This document shows, in pieces, positions 15,139-27,271 of a DNA stretch of 64,000 nt. Origin of the DNA: Eledone cirrhosa (Eukaryota); assembly GCA_964016885.1 (NCBI GenBank), contig OZ024741.1:237212001-237276000 (forward strand), read 5' to 3'. Position numbers and translations under genes: made by a program. The notes under the pieces are model-generated. The model did not search any database. It had not been told where the DNA came from and worked only from the letters and a program-made list of their open reading frames with translations. Within the stretch, counting starts at the first letter, position 1. The number at the start of each line of letters is the position of its first letter.

Positions 15139-15470
15139 AACAAGTCCACCACATTTCCAACAAAGAGCTGTGTGCGCACATGCATCAGCCTGCAGCCTCC
15201 CTATGGATATGTCCTCCACCTGCTGCCAAATAATCCTACCAGGGCTTTTTTGGTGCAGCAGCTACAGGCTGGAAGAGGCTTCACATCAGATGGCTGGGTA
15301 TCATTAATGAAGATCTCTAGAGGCTCGATGCCACCTTGGAGGTGCAGAGGGGCTGGCATGGGAGTGCCAGCGATGGAGGGCACGGGTGGACCTGGTCAGC
15401 TCTACACATGATGATGCCTCTGGGATCACTGGCCTAGGGTAACCCCAGTCATCGAGCAAGAGCAAGAAGA
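15139..15470 (+). mobile_element. GC-richer 3' fragment of a different LINE (RTE-like?) ending in a CAAGAG/CAAGAA tail
   Basis: Abrupt composition change at the R4 truncation point and a short repeat tail; family call is tentative. Confidence 0.35.
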
Positions 15471-15567
15471 ATATATATATATATCAGCTCTCTTCCGATC
15501 GAGCATTGTTTTCCTCTTACTTTTTCACTCCTACGGATATTTCTACCCACATACACGCACGTATATA

Positions 15568-15790
15568 TCATCATCATCATTTAACGTCCATTTTCCATGC
15601 TAGTATGTATTAGACAGGTCAGGCGACCATGTCTTGCTCATAAAGGACCGTTTCTGACCAGATTTCTACAGCTGGATGCTCTTTCTAATGCCATCCACAT
15701 TTACAGTGTGGGCTGGGTGCTTTTAGTCATGACATCTACATGACCACCTTACAGTGTGGTCGGGGTGCTTTTTGTCACGACACATTTATG
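15568..15790 (-). mobile_element. SINE family B-related 3' fragment
   Basis: (CAT)n-TTTAACGTCC..TTTCTACAGCTGGATG; similar pieces at 19072-19330 and 25780-25846. Confidence 0.65.
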
Positions 15791-17079
15791 TATATTATAC
15801 ATGGTCCTTTTGTGTTCATCAATCAATAACCGTTTTTCAGTTGTACACATTGGTCATCTAACACTTGTGTAAAGATTAAGCACTCAACTTAGTAAATATC
15901 CTTTCCAGACTGTGATGTAATCGCTACGGTAATTTTTTGACAAAAAGTTAAAAGTCATCAAATGCTTTTTTACGATTAATCATCGTAATTAATCACTTTT
16001 TAAAGTTAACAAAGTTAAAACCATGCACTCAAATTAAAATAAGGTTTAAAAAATGAAATTTCAATTTAAAATAATATCTTTAAAAAAAATGAATAGATAC
16101 TGAAAAAGAATAAATAAATAAATTCGTTGGAAAAAATATAAAATAAAAAAAATTATAGAATGTTGTTAAAGTTAACTGATATGTAAATTTAAATTAAAAT
16201 CTTCCAACGAAAGAACATTTTGTTATTTTACAAATATCATATTAATGAAATCATAATTTTAGTAAATATTTTCCAAGTTCTTCATTAATACTTAAAATAC
16301 ACAGTAATTCATGAGAAATACGATAACATAAAGATTAATCAATGAAGCTATTATAGACAAGGAGAGTAGCCTCTCTTGGACCAGTGACTGCAATATTATG
16401 TGGCAAACCAACAACGAGAGAGAGAGGTTGGGGGCACTGAATTAATATATTCATTAAATTGGTATTTCAGTGGTGGATGGATAGTATTTTTTTGTGACTA
16501 TTTAGACTACACCTGGCATAACCCTAAGAATACGGCTGTCACTGCAATTTAATCAAATCCTTATTGGCATATGTGCATGTACATTATAGAAATGGCTTTT
16601 ACAGGACTAGAACTGTTTCATTCGAAGGAAATCATCAGGAAAGTGTCATAACATATATGATATGTATGATGATTATGTTTCTCAGTAAAAAAACTCAATG
16701 AACGTTTGTCCAGAGCATCAATAATTCAAAATTCAAAATATATGTATATAGTGATATATCCTTAGAGAAACATAGTATTTTGTACATATATTTAGAAAGC
16801 ATACAGTACTTATGAAATAGTATATACTTTAAGGTGGAAAAGTTATTATATTCCTTATGGCCGTTGTTTCATAGTCCCTAGAGCCAAATTGAAAATCAAT
16901 TGCGGTCTTTAGTCATTTCTGTTGTAAGGTTTAACTTTTTAAGGCCAGCCTTCACAACCTCATCCCAAGATCTATATATATATATCAGAATAGAACCAGT
17001 TAGAACATTACTCAACAAAGTACTTGGTATTTGGGGTAGTACAGTATGGCGATGTTAATAAGAGTCGGGACTCCATGGT

Positions 17080-17430
17080 TGAGCTCTTGCCGTTTCAACA
17101 GCTAGTTCTGGACTGTTAGCCAAAAGGCTAACTTGCTATATCATCAGGGGCATAGTTTGTCCATATAAGGGTATAAACTGTCCATCCAATTGTAAATTCT
17201 CTTTATAGGATGTTGCAGAAACGTTTTAGAAGGAATTGATTGTATTTTATATATAAGATACACATATACTTTTTTATATATATATTTTTATATATTTTGG
17301 GACAGCATATACCCTTATATGGACAGACCATGCCCCTGATGATATGGCCAGTCAACTGTAAGGCCCTTTGGCTTACAGTCCGGAACTAGCTGTTGAAATG
17401 GTTAGAGCTCAGCCATCAGATCCCGATTCT
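17080..17430. repeat. Inverted pair of Penelope pLTR-like segments containing hammerhead core motifs
   Basis: 17080-17183 is the diverged reverse complement of 17299-17410; each has CTGATGA...GAAA. Confidence 0.65.
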
Positions 17431-17584
17431 TTGTAATATATATATATATATATAACCGCGTCGGCAGAATGACTGTCCATCGGAGCACAGAGGGCCCCTC
17501 GCAGACCGGTCTTCCAACCACGACCCAGCCCTCGCGGCGGCCGCCACGCTCGGGGAAGACCATATAATCCAACACCGTGCGGGA

Positions 17585-18136
17585 ATGACTGGCAGAGGAG
17601 AGACCACCATGTCGGTGGAACAACACCCTGAGAATCGGGAAAGGGCTCTAGCAGATCAAGGGCCAGGCGTCCAAAATGAACAACATAACGACAAAACGTG
17701 CAACTGCAGAGCGAGCACGCAGTGCCCCCTGCAGGGAAGATGCCTGACGAAGGGCCTGGTATATAAATGTGTGGTTAACACACACAATATAAAGCGCACC
17801 TACATTGGCGCAACATCCACGACCTTTAAATCGCGGATGTATAACCACACAAACTCTTTCAAGGACTGGAGTAAGAGGCACTCTACTAGGCTGGCGGACC
17901 TGGTGTGGGACTTGAAGGACAAAGGCACCCCGTATGCCCTTAACTGGAGTATCGTTTGGCACGCGCATGCATACTCGGCTGGAAACAGAAAGTGTAGGCT
18001 ATGCCTATACGAGGCCATGGAGATAGTCAGACTGAAGGATGATGCGGTCAACCTGAAATTAGAAATAATCATGACATGCAGACACCAGAGAAGGTGCACA
18101 CTCTCCGCATGGAGTTCACCGGGAAGCCCAGGCTAA
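17585..18136 (+). CDS. Penelope-like element GIY-YIG endonuclease (C-terminal fragment, 5'-truncated)
   Basis: CNCR-x4-CPLQGRC, LVYKC...TYIGATSTTFKSRMYNH, CRLCLYE, CRH: typical Penelope EN domain; no RT upstream. Confidence 0.88.
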   Translation: MTGRGETTMSVEQHPENRERALADQGPGVQNEQHNDKTCNCRASTQCPLQGRCLTKGLVYKCVVNTHNIKRTYIGATSTTFKSRMYNHTNSFKDWSKRHSTRLADLVWDLKDKGTPYALNWSIVWHAHAYSAGNRKCRLCLYEAMEIVRLKDDAVNLKLEIIMTCRHQRRCTLSAWSSPGSPG

Positions 18137-18606
18137 AGGCATGCAGCGGAGCATGCACCGACCAGAGTGGCGAAACGGGTTCAAGGGATCAGACACCATA
18201 CCCTGATGACTATATATGCCCCGTGGGGTAAACTGAAATAACCCAGGATGCATACCCGACTCTGCACGTCACCCTAGGCAAGAACATCGCCTGAGCCGCG
18301 ACAGGTTGACCCGGATTCCACTGACTTTCAGTCAAATACATTACACCTATAGGACAATATACCTCAACCACAGTGACATACTCCAGTATGGCCGGTCCAC
18401 CACTCCCATGCATGTGTATCTTTTCAATAGAGAGTCCATACTCTCCACGTATTCCATCCTGTAACACATATATGTTCTGTATATCCCATGCTTCTCCTGT
18501 GTACTATCTCATACGCATAAACGTTCCTCCTTTTTTATATATCCCTATGTGACGTTATATGTATATTTTTAATATATTGCATATTTCTTTTATATATGTG
18601 TATATA

Positions 18607-18647
<41 letters not shown>

Positions 18648-18934
18648 GTATGTGTATATATGTATGTGTATGATTATATTGTTTATATAGGTGCATGCTT
18701 ATAACAAAATGCATCATTTCATGTATGACCCATTCTATGACCCATTGTGTGTCTTTATATGACGTTGTGTATATATCCTATTTGTGTATATATATATATG
18801 TATATATCTTTGTAGGCATGCGTGGGCCTGTATGTGAATATGCGCATATTTGTAAAAGTGTATATGAGCCAGTGTGTGTGTGTACAAGCACCCAATGTAG
18901 GGAAAGGGCTTGTTTGTGTGTGTGTATATATATA

Positions 18935-18974
<40 letters not shown>

Positions 18975-19439
18975 ATAATAATAAATTTGAACACTAAAAT
19001 CCAACGTCATATAAAATTAAGGGTGAAAGCAGCGATTCTTTGCTTAATCTGTTATTTTAATAAATATATATATCATCATCATCATCATCATCGTTTAACG
19101 TCCATCTTCCACGCTTGCATGGGTTTGGACGGGAGTTTTCCCACTTGAGGCAAGATTGGTTGTCCTGCTCGTATAGGACTGTCTGGGGGGGTTTTCTACG
19201 GCTGGATGCCCTTCCTAACACCAACCACGTTTACAGTGTGGACTGGGAGGTTTTTACCATGTTACCTACATGGCCACATTACAGCGTGGACTGTGTGTTT
19301 TTTTTTTCGTGACACCTGCACGACCTCATTTGTTTCGGACTGGATGTTGTGGTACCAACATAACTTCACATTGGAAGGGGTGGTGTGGATGGGGTGGGGG
19401 TAGTGGGACGGGGGTGTATTTTGTTAGAGGTGCCTACTG

Positions 19440-19604
19440 ACTGTAGGTTTCGCTTTGTACTTAGGCAAGGCGGGTCTTCTGTATAACTGTGTAGCGCCAA
19501 AGATCTCGGTCCAATGACATTGTCTTGGAGAGGTGTAAGTGTGTGAGGTCGGAATTTATCAAGTCGTCCCAGGTTTTTCTGGGTCTGCCTACTCCGTGGA
19601 TACA

Positions 19605-19605
<1 letters not shown>
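19440..19605 (-). mobile_element. RTE LINE 3' end fragment
   Basis: Encodes GVGRPRKTWDDLINSDL...DRDLWR. Confidence 0.7.
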
Positions 19606-19694
<89 letters not shown>

Positions 19695-20559
19695 GAGCGA
19701 GTCTGTATCTGTGCCTGTATATATGGACACGTGTGTATATGTGCGTGTGCATGTGGGAAAAAGGAAAAAAAAGGGTGGGGGGTCTATGTATATGTCTGAA
19801 CGTGTTTGTGTATACGAGTATATATACGTGTATGCATGTGTGTGCGCCTGTGTGTGTGTGTGTTGATGTATATGGGCATGTAGGCAGGCGTCTGTGTATG
19901 TTTATAGTTTTATATATTCTCCTTAAGTGTGTGTGTATAGCGAGAGTCTATGCGTACGGATGTTGTTATCTATGTAATTCTGTGTGATTCTGTGTGTGCG
20001 TGTGTATGTATATGTGTGCGTGAGTGCGCGCGTGGACGTGTGAACTACCAAACCCAGTAGTAATTCATCGAAGTGTGGCAGAAACGCGACAGCTGATCAT
20101 GGTCAGTCGAATGACACCTGTTGCTCAAAATTACGATGACGTAGAAAAACAGCAACCAATAACAGGACGTGCGAAGGTGATGTTTTTGACGCTAACACCC
20201 CGATGAGAGAATTTGCTCCGACATCGTTAGAGGTGTCCGTCTAACCTGCGGATCCAGAATCAGACAGACCCACATAATAATCGTGTCTCGAGCTGTCCGC
20301 CGGCGAAACAGTTGTAACACACAATAAATTGAGTTCAGATGCATCACTGATTTTTCGTTTTATATTATATGTATATATATATATATATATAATTAAAAAA
20401 ACGAAGTATATATATATATATATTTCGTTTTTTTAATTTGTTTTGCAAAATTTCTTATCTGAAAATGTGTGTTGAAACAGATATTGTTATACTTTGGGAG
20501 GGTCATGCTGCCAAAAAAAAACACATGCACCTGTTGGTTTTCACTTCAATTTATTATAA

Positions 20560-21506
20560 ACTAGCAGCAGTACCCAGCGTTGCCTGGGTAGGTAAAATAA
20601 TATCTGCTTTGATGAAAAGGTGTTGATCTTAGCGACTGCGAGTTTCTTGAAAATCGGTCGTAAGGTGTAGCAAATGGCGAAATGTTGAGTGAAATCGTAT
20701 GGAATATGTGGGAGGTGGAAAAATCATATTTTGAAGAGTTAAACGGCTGCCACGCCGTCCCCGAACAAAATATGCAAAGTGTAAAGCTACTATAAGATGT
20801 GCAATGATAGGTTCTCTCGTAGTATAAAAGTTGAACCAAATAAATTGATTTATGTGTGAGGTGGAGCCGAAGTTTCGAATTTGAACGAAATCGGTTGAAA
20901 AATGTGGGAGTTAGAGCCGAGAAGGCGGAAATTTGAGCGAAAAGGTGGTATTTTCGAATATTTAAGCGGGCTGCCACGCCGTTCCTGAACCAAAAATCCA
21001 AAATGTAAAGCTACTTTAAGACGTGAAATAATTAGACAGATCTAGCGTAGTGTAAAATTTGAACAAAGTAGGTTGATTAATGTGGGAGCTAGAGCCGAAA
21101 AAGTGGAACTTTGAGTCTAAAAGTGGTATTTTTGAATATTTAAGCGGCTGCCACGCCGTCCCTGAACAACAAATGCAAAATATAAAGCCATTACAGGATG
21201 TGCAATGATAAATTCTATTTTGCTTTAAAATTTGAACGAAATCGGTAGCAAAATGTGGGAGCTAGAGCCAAAAATCTTATTTTTCGATACCTAAAAAAAG
21301 GTGACCCCCCCCCCCCCCCCCCCTATCGATTTTTATCTGCAGAATGACCCCGGAATAAAAAAAAACGATACGCTGATATATAGAAAACACTCCCTGATGA
21401 CTAATCTATGAGCCTGTAAAGTTTCATGAAAATCGGTCGTAAGATGTAAGCCCTTATAGGTAATACACAGACACACACACATACTTAATTTTATATATAT
21501 ACAGAT
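20560..21506. mobile_element. Non-autonomous Helentron/HINE (DINE-1-like) element
   Basis: Begins ACTAG followed by hairpin TACCCAGCGTTGCCTGGGTA, ends TATATATATACAGAT; internal subrepeats GGCTGCCACGCCGT at ~20745, ~20969, ~21146. Confidence 0.65.
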
Positions 21507-21635
21507 TTCCAGTCGGTTGGTTGGTTGGTTTGATAACCGGATGGTTGTATATATATTGTCAAAGCTCTTTCATCGCATATTCTGTGACCTCCTCAGTGAC
21601 TGGGTTTTTATTTTGTGTCTCTCCTTTGTTCTGTC

Positions 21636-23410
21636 CTATACCATCTTGTTTTTGCCGGTCTTAAACTCCTCTGTTATAGCCTGCAAAACAATAATAAACA
21701 GGAGCGGGCTAAGGACGGAGCCCTGGTGGACGCCAACTTGTACACTAAATTCCTCGCTATAGTCATTGTTAATCCTGACTTTGCTGACTGCTCCTCTATA
21801 TATAGCTTGTACAGCCTTCACAAGCCACTCATCTACTCCTAGTTTTCTAAGAGCCCACCAAATTATGTTACGGAGCACTTTGGCGAAAGCTTTCTCCAGA
21901 TCAACAAATGTTAGGTAGAGTGGCTTACTTTTAGCTAGGTTCTTTTCCTGTAACTGTCTCACAAGGAAGAGGGCATCAGTGGTGCTTTTGCCTGACACAA
22001 ATCCAAACTGCATCTCATCTAGATTTACCCTGTCGCTAATCAATTGTGCTATAACTCTTTCTGTTACTTTGATTGCCTGGTCCACCAGTTTTATACCTCT
22101 ATAGTTACCTCTATCTAGCGCATCCTCTTTACCCTTATAGCAATTGACAATGATGCTGCTGCACTACTCATATGGTATGACGCCATCTAGTATTACTTGG
22201 TTTACAATACGCGTGGTTATGGTGTGTCATACTGATCCAGATGCTTTCAGCATCTCAACAACTATTCCTGATGGACCGGCTGCTTTCCCAGTTTTTATAT
22301 CTTTAATTGCCTTACTAACTACATTGCTACTGACTTGTACTGCTAGGCCTTCAATGGGGTCTGCTTGGGGTAGGGTCTCTTTCTCCTATGCATTCTCTTC
22401 ATCCAGTAATCTTTCATATTGGCTCTTGCACGCTTCTTTCTTCTCAGCATATGAGGGCAAGTGCATCATTATCATCCCGGTCACACTTCTCACCGATGAC
22501 ATTACAATTTTCACTAACACACTGTCTACCAATCCTGAACACCTCCCGTTTCTGGTCCTCCCGCTGCAAAATATGCTTGAATTTTTTATCCTCCACTTCC
22601 CTTCTAGCAAAGTATACTTATCTCCTAGCTTCTCTCCTGGTTTCTATGTAATGTATCCTGCTCCCCCCATTCTCCCATGCTTGTCTCGTGGCTTTAATTG
22701 CTTCATCTACCATATTGTTCCACCACCAAGTCACTCTCCTTCTCCCTGTAGTCTTGCCCCAACCACAAATCTCGTCTGCCGCTTTTAGTAGGTTATTTTT
22801 TAGGAACTCCCAATGCTCTTTTATTTAAATGTCTCTATCTGTTCTTAGGTGTCAAGTAAAATATCTCTGAATTTGTTACTGGCTGAGGGATCTTTCAGCT
22901 TCCAGATCTTTCTTCTGCAGGTTGCCTTTTGTTTCAAAGCTCGTCTAACTCTGACAGTGTGGTCGCTGACTACGAGGCTGTGTTGGGAGGCACATTCCTT
23001 GCCGAGAAGGCTTTTGTGTTTATAACCATCCATCTATCTTGTCCTTTGGTAAGGATAAAATCTATCTGGCTAGTAAGCTCTCCGGATCTATAGGTGATCA
23101 GGTGGTTGTTGGATTTTTTGAAGTTTGTGTTACGTATCGTCAGGTCATTGGCATCGCAGAATTCTAGAAGCCTGTAACCTTCATGTTTTATGCCAATCCC
23201 ATCACCTCCATGGACTCTGTAGAAGCCATCACTATGTTTCCCAACGTGTCTGTTAAGGTCCCCCGCAATGAGTAGGAAGTCATTGTCATTTGTTAGAATG
23301 GTAGTATGCATTAGGGACTCGTAAAACCTATCTTTAAGTTCATATGGCAACCCAAATTGGAGTGCGTAAGCGGATGTAATTGTAGCTATTGTTTTATTTA
23401 GGACTAGTCT
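21636..23410 (-). pseudogene. RTE-clade LINE fragment (APE endonuclease plus N-terminal RT)
   Basis: APE motifs AGDLNRHVG, SQIDFIL, SQHSLVV; RT motifs QFGFVSGKSTTDA, DLEKAF, GVHQGSVLSPLLF; stops and frameshifts. Confidence 0.9.
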
Positions 23411-23936
23411 GAATATATAGTATCATATATACTATGGCCATTCCTAACTTTGGACTTATCAACCTGGAATTGAAAACACATTTCGGACCATACTAGATAC
23501 AAAGACCCAACTTACTCCTTCCATATACACACACATGCACACGGGCCTGTGCATGTGTGTGTGTGTGAACACACACGTGCAGGTGCATGTGTACACACAT
23601 TCACACACAACACCCACACATGTATCATAATATGCACACAACCACCCACTACATGTCTGCACCACTCACCCCGACGCCCACACCCGCACACTGGACCACT
23701 TCCCAACCGACCACTGCTACCCCTCCCCACTCTCCTTTTTATTTATATATTTTCTTTCTAATTTTATTTCAACAACTTTTTTTTTATTTTCTTTGCGTTT
23801 TTCCTTTTGTGTTTTTCCTGAGGAAGGGCAAATTCCCAATACCTTGATTATGTAACTCACTCTTCTTCTTTCAAGCGTGAAACTAATACACTTCATATTA
23901 TTGCATCCTACTTGTTTGTTGATTTTTTTGTTTCCT

Positions 23937-23970
<34 letters not shown>

Positions 23971-24209
23971 GTAAGTATGCATGTATACGTACATACATAT
24001 ATGTATACAGACGTACAGTAGCATGCACATATATATATATATATACATATATACATACATATGCATACAGGTACACATACATATATGCACGTATCAGTTT
24101 AGCGGCGCTAACGTCGCTTTGTTCGTTTGTAAACAAACTGAACAGCCTGAATTTATGCCATACGGTGTTAAGGCAACCACGTCACCTTTTTGTTCAACAC
24201 TGACACAGG

Positions 24210-24254
24210 AACGATGTACTAGTTTCAAGCTTGTTAGCTATCATCAGCACCGTT
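24210..24254 (-). ncRNA. Minimal type I hammerhead ribozyme
   Basis: Reverse complement of AACGGTG-CTGATGA-TAGCTAACAAGCTT-GAAA-CTAGTA-CATCGTT. Confidence 0.85.
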
Positions 24255-24424
24255 TACCCATCTGCCAGATAGTTGAACGTTCGAAAGTATATACTTTCCT
24301 TATGAAAATTAACGGCTGAGCAGCCTAATTTGCATATTGAGTGAGTTAAATCGGTCAGGCATACCGAAAACGATAAATTGGAAAGTATATACTTTCGAAC
24401 GTTCAACTATCTGGCAGATGGGTA

Positions 24425-24469
24425 AACGGTGCTGATGATAGCTAACAAGCTTGAAACTAGTACATCGTT
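24425..24469 (+). ncRNA. Minimal type I hammerhead ribozyme (predicted cleavage after 24462)
   Basis: Stem I AACGGUG/CAUCGUU, core CUGAUGA, stem II AGCU/AGCU, GAAA, palindromic stem III ACUAGU, GUA cleavage triplet. Confidence 0.88.
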
Positions 24470-24809
24470 CCTGTGTCAGTGTTGAACAAAAAGGTGACGT
24501 GGTTGCCTTAACACCGTATGGCATAAATTCAGGCTGTTCAGTTTGTTTACAAACGAACAAAGCGACGTTAGCGCCGCTAAACTGATACGTGCATATATGT
24601 ATGTGTACCTGTATGCATATGTATGTATATATGTATATATATATATATATGTGCATGCTACTGTACGTCTGTATACATATATGTATGTACGTATACATGC
24701 ATACTTACATTTAAGTAAGTGCCATACTAAGAGTGAGAAATGAAATTTCGTTTTCATTTTGTTTCAATTTATCGTTTTCGGTATGCCTGACCGATTTAAC
24801 TCACTCAAT

Positions 24810-24862
24810 ATGCAAATTAGGCTGCTCAGCCGTTAATTTTCATAAGGAAAGTATATACTTTC
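24810..24862 (+). promoter_or_regulatory. Octamer motif plus TATA-containing palindrome upstream of the ribozyme (also 25276-25328)
   Basis: ATGCAAAT at 24810-24817; GAAAGTATATACTTTC palindrome at 24847-24862; promoter role is inferred. Confidence 0.4.
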
Positions 24863-24890
24863 GAACGTTCAACTATCTGGCAGATGGGTA

Positions 24891-24935
24891 AACGGTGCTG
24901 ATGATAGCTAACAAGCTTGAAACTAGTACATCGTT
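24891..24935 (+). ncRNA. Minimal type I hammerhead ribozyme (predicted cleavage after 24928)
   Basis: Identical to 24425-24469. Confidence 0.88.
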
Positions 24936-25356
24936 CCTGTGTCAGTGTTGAACAAAAAGGTGACGTGGTTGCCTTAACACCGTATGGCATAAATTCAGGC
25001 TGTTCAGTTTGTTTACAAACGAACAAAGCGACGTTAGCGCCGCTAAACTGATACGTGCATATATGTATGTGTACCTGTATGCATATGTATGTATATATGT
25101 ATATATATATATATATGTGCATGCTACTGTACGTCTGTATACATATATGTATGTACGTATACATGCATACTTACATTTAAGTAAGTGCCATACTAAGAGT
25201 GAGAAATGAAATTTCGTTTTCATTTTGTTTCAATTTATCGTTTTCGGTATGCCTGACCGATTTAACTCACTCAATATGCAAATTAGGCTGCTCAGCCGTT
25301 AATTTTCATAAGGAAAGTATATACTTTCGAACGTTCAACTATCTGGCAGATGGGTA

Positions 25357-25401
25357 AACGGTGCTGATGATAGCTAACAAGCTTGAAACTAGTACATCGT
25401 T
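25357..25401 (+). ncRNA. Minimal type I hammerhead ribozyme (predicted cleavage after 25394)
   Basis: Identical to 24425-24469. Confidence 0.88.
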
Positions 25402-25698
25402 CCTGTGTCAGTGTTGAACAAAAAGGTGACGTGGTTGCCTTAACACCGTATGGCATAAATTCAGGCTGTTCAGTTTGTTTACAAACGAACAAAGCGACGT
25501 TAGCGCCGCTAAACTGATACGTGCATATATGTATGTGTACCTGTATGCATATGTATGTATATATGTATATATATATATATATGTGCATGCTACTGTACGT
25601 CTGTATACATATATGTATGTACGTATACATGCATACTTACATTTAAGTAAGTGCCATACTAAGAGTGAGAAATGAAATTTCGTTTTCATTTTGTTTCA

Positions 25699-25734
<36 letters not shown>

Positions 25735-26026
25735 AGTCCTATATGAGCGAGACACAGTCACCCGACCCAACTTACCTCAAATGGGACAAACCCGTCTAAC
25801 CCATGCTAGTGTGGAAAGTAGGCGTTAAACGATGATGATGATGATGTATTTTTATATATATATCTGCACTAATAGAAATTTCAAAACGAAAACATTAGTT
25901 GCATTTCTCCAATGGATCTGATTATTTAGACGTATTTTCGTCTTGAAACTGCTGGCAATGTAGAGTTAAGTTAACTCAAATACTCAACTTCCACATGTGT
26001 TGATTGCTCTCACACACACACATATA

Positions 26027-26202
26027 TGAGGGTCAGCTGAAAAGTTCATGGAATGACCAAATGAGGTTTATTTTTTAACATAGTCCCTGGAAAGAAACAA
26101 TGCAGTTAGTAATAAGAAGAGTTTAAATGAATGCATGCAAGATTTCACAGCTCTAGCATCACTCCTCCATAGTTAGCCTATGAACGTTTCAGCTGACCCT
26201 TG
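26027..26202. mobile_element. Mariner-derived MITE
   Basis: TIRs TGAGGGTCAGCTGAAAAGTTCAT / ATGAACGTTTCAGCTGACCCTTG, TA flanks. Confidence 0.8.
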
Positions 26203-26950
26203 TATATATATGTATGTATTTGTATATAAGGACGTTGGAAGGCCAAAATGAAAAACAATATTTAATGAGATAGTTACTCTCTCCTACATACATGCTAACT
26301 ATACTGGACTGATGTGTTCACACACACAACTACCACCACCACTGCACCACACCTCACCATCATCATCATTATAAACCACCACTAATATCACTATCACTAA
26401 CACCATTTTCACCTAAACCACCACCACCACCACCAAGACCACACACCACCACTGCCACTGTCGTCACCATCACCACATTCCATAATTCAACTCTACCACC
26501 ATCATCATCACCGCCAACAAAGAAGCCTTTATGAGGCCGCTATGATCTCGGGTTTCCCATACATAGTGAAAAAAACGAGATGGTTACAGATGGAATATCT
26601 TTGATAATCGGTTTGCTGGATCAAGAATTTGGGCTAAAGAACAACAGCACCAAGGTATCATTGAGAATAGATCTTTTTTGAAGAAAATGGAAATATCCCG
26701 CCCGATTCACACGAAGGAACCCAACTTTAACCCCAACTAAGCCTTACCTGAACATATATACACGCAATGAATTAGCAGTAGCACTAACATAAAATGTTTC
26801 ATATTTGGGGTGTATGTGAAAGCAAATACGATATGTTTATGCATATGAACATATATAAGTCTCGCTATGAGAGTTTTAAGCTGTGATTGTGTCCCACCTA
26901 CTTCAACGGCTACTGAGATGGTTGTGACAGGATAGCAGCTTAAAACCCTC

Positions 26951-27190
26951 ATATATGCTTATTATACACAAACTTATAAGATATCTCACTTTCCATTATC
27001 ACCTTCAAATTAAATACCTCTCCAGAAAAATGCAATTACTTTCAAAGCCCCCTCCCCTATATATATATATAATGCGAGAGGGGGGGGGGGGAGAATTGAA
27101 AGTAATTGCATGTTTCTGGAGAGGTATTTAATTTGAAGGTGATAATGGAAAGTGAAATATCTTATACGTTTGTGTATAATGAGAATATAT
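26951..27190. repeat. Long foldback (~90-bp arms)
   Basis: ...CACTTTCCATTATCACCTTCAAATTAAATACCTCTCCAGAAA... pairs with ...TTTCTGGAGAGGTATTTAATTTGAAGGTGATAATGGAAAGTG... Confidence 0.85.
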
Positions 27191-27224
27191 ATATACGCAG
27201 GGAATGTAACGCGGAGTTACTGTG

Positions 27225-27268
<44 letters not shown>

Positions 27269-27271
<3 letters not shown>

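Larger units (their letters stand above)
23966..25703. repeat. 466-bp hammerhead-containing tandem repeat (about 2.8 plus-strand units) preceded by an inverted unit; retrozyme-like
   Basis: Exact 466-bp period (e.g. 24826 vs 25292); 23966-24380 is the reverse complement of the unit; flanked by (TA)n on both sides. Confidence 0.93.

Noticed and set aside
21392-21440. CTGATGA...GAAA inside the HINE-like element
   Set aside because: I could not form convincing stems I-III
23981-25689. Repeated 112/93/66-aa ORFs in the 466-bp repeat
   Set aside because: They are largely microsatellite-derived, carry no domain and are not preserved in the sister family; the conserved feature is the RNA motif
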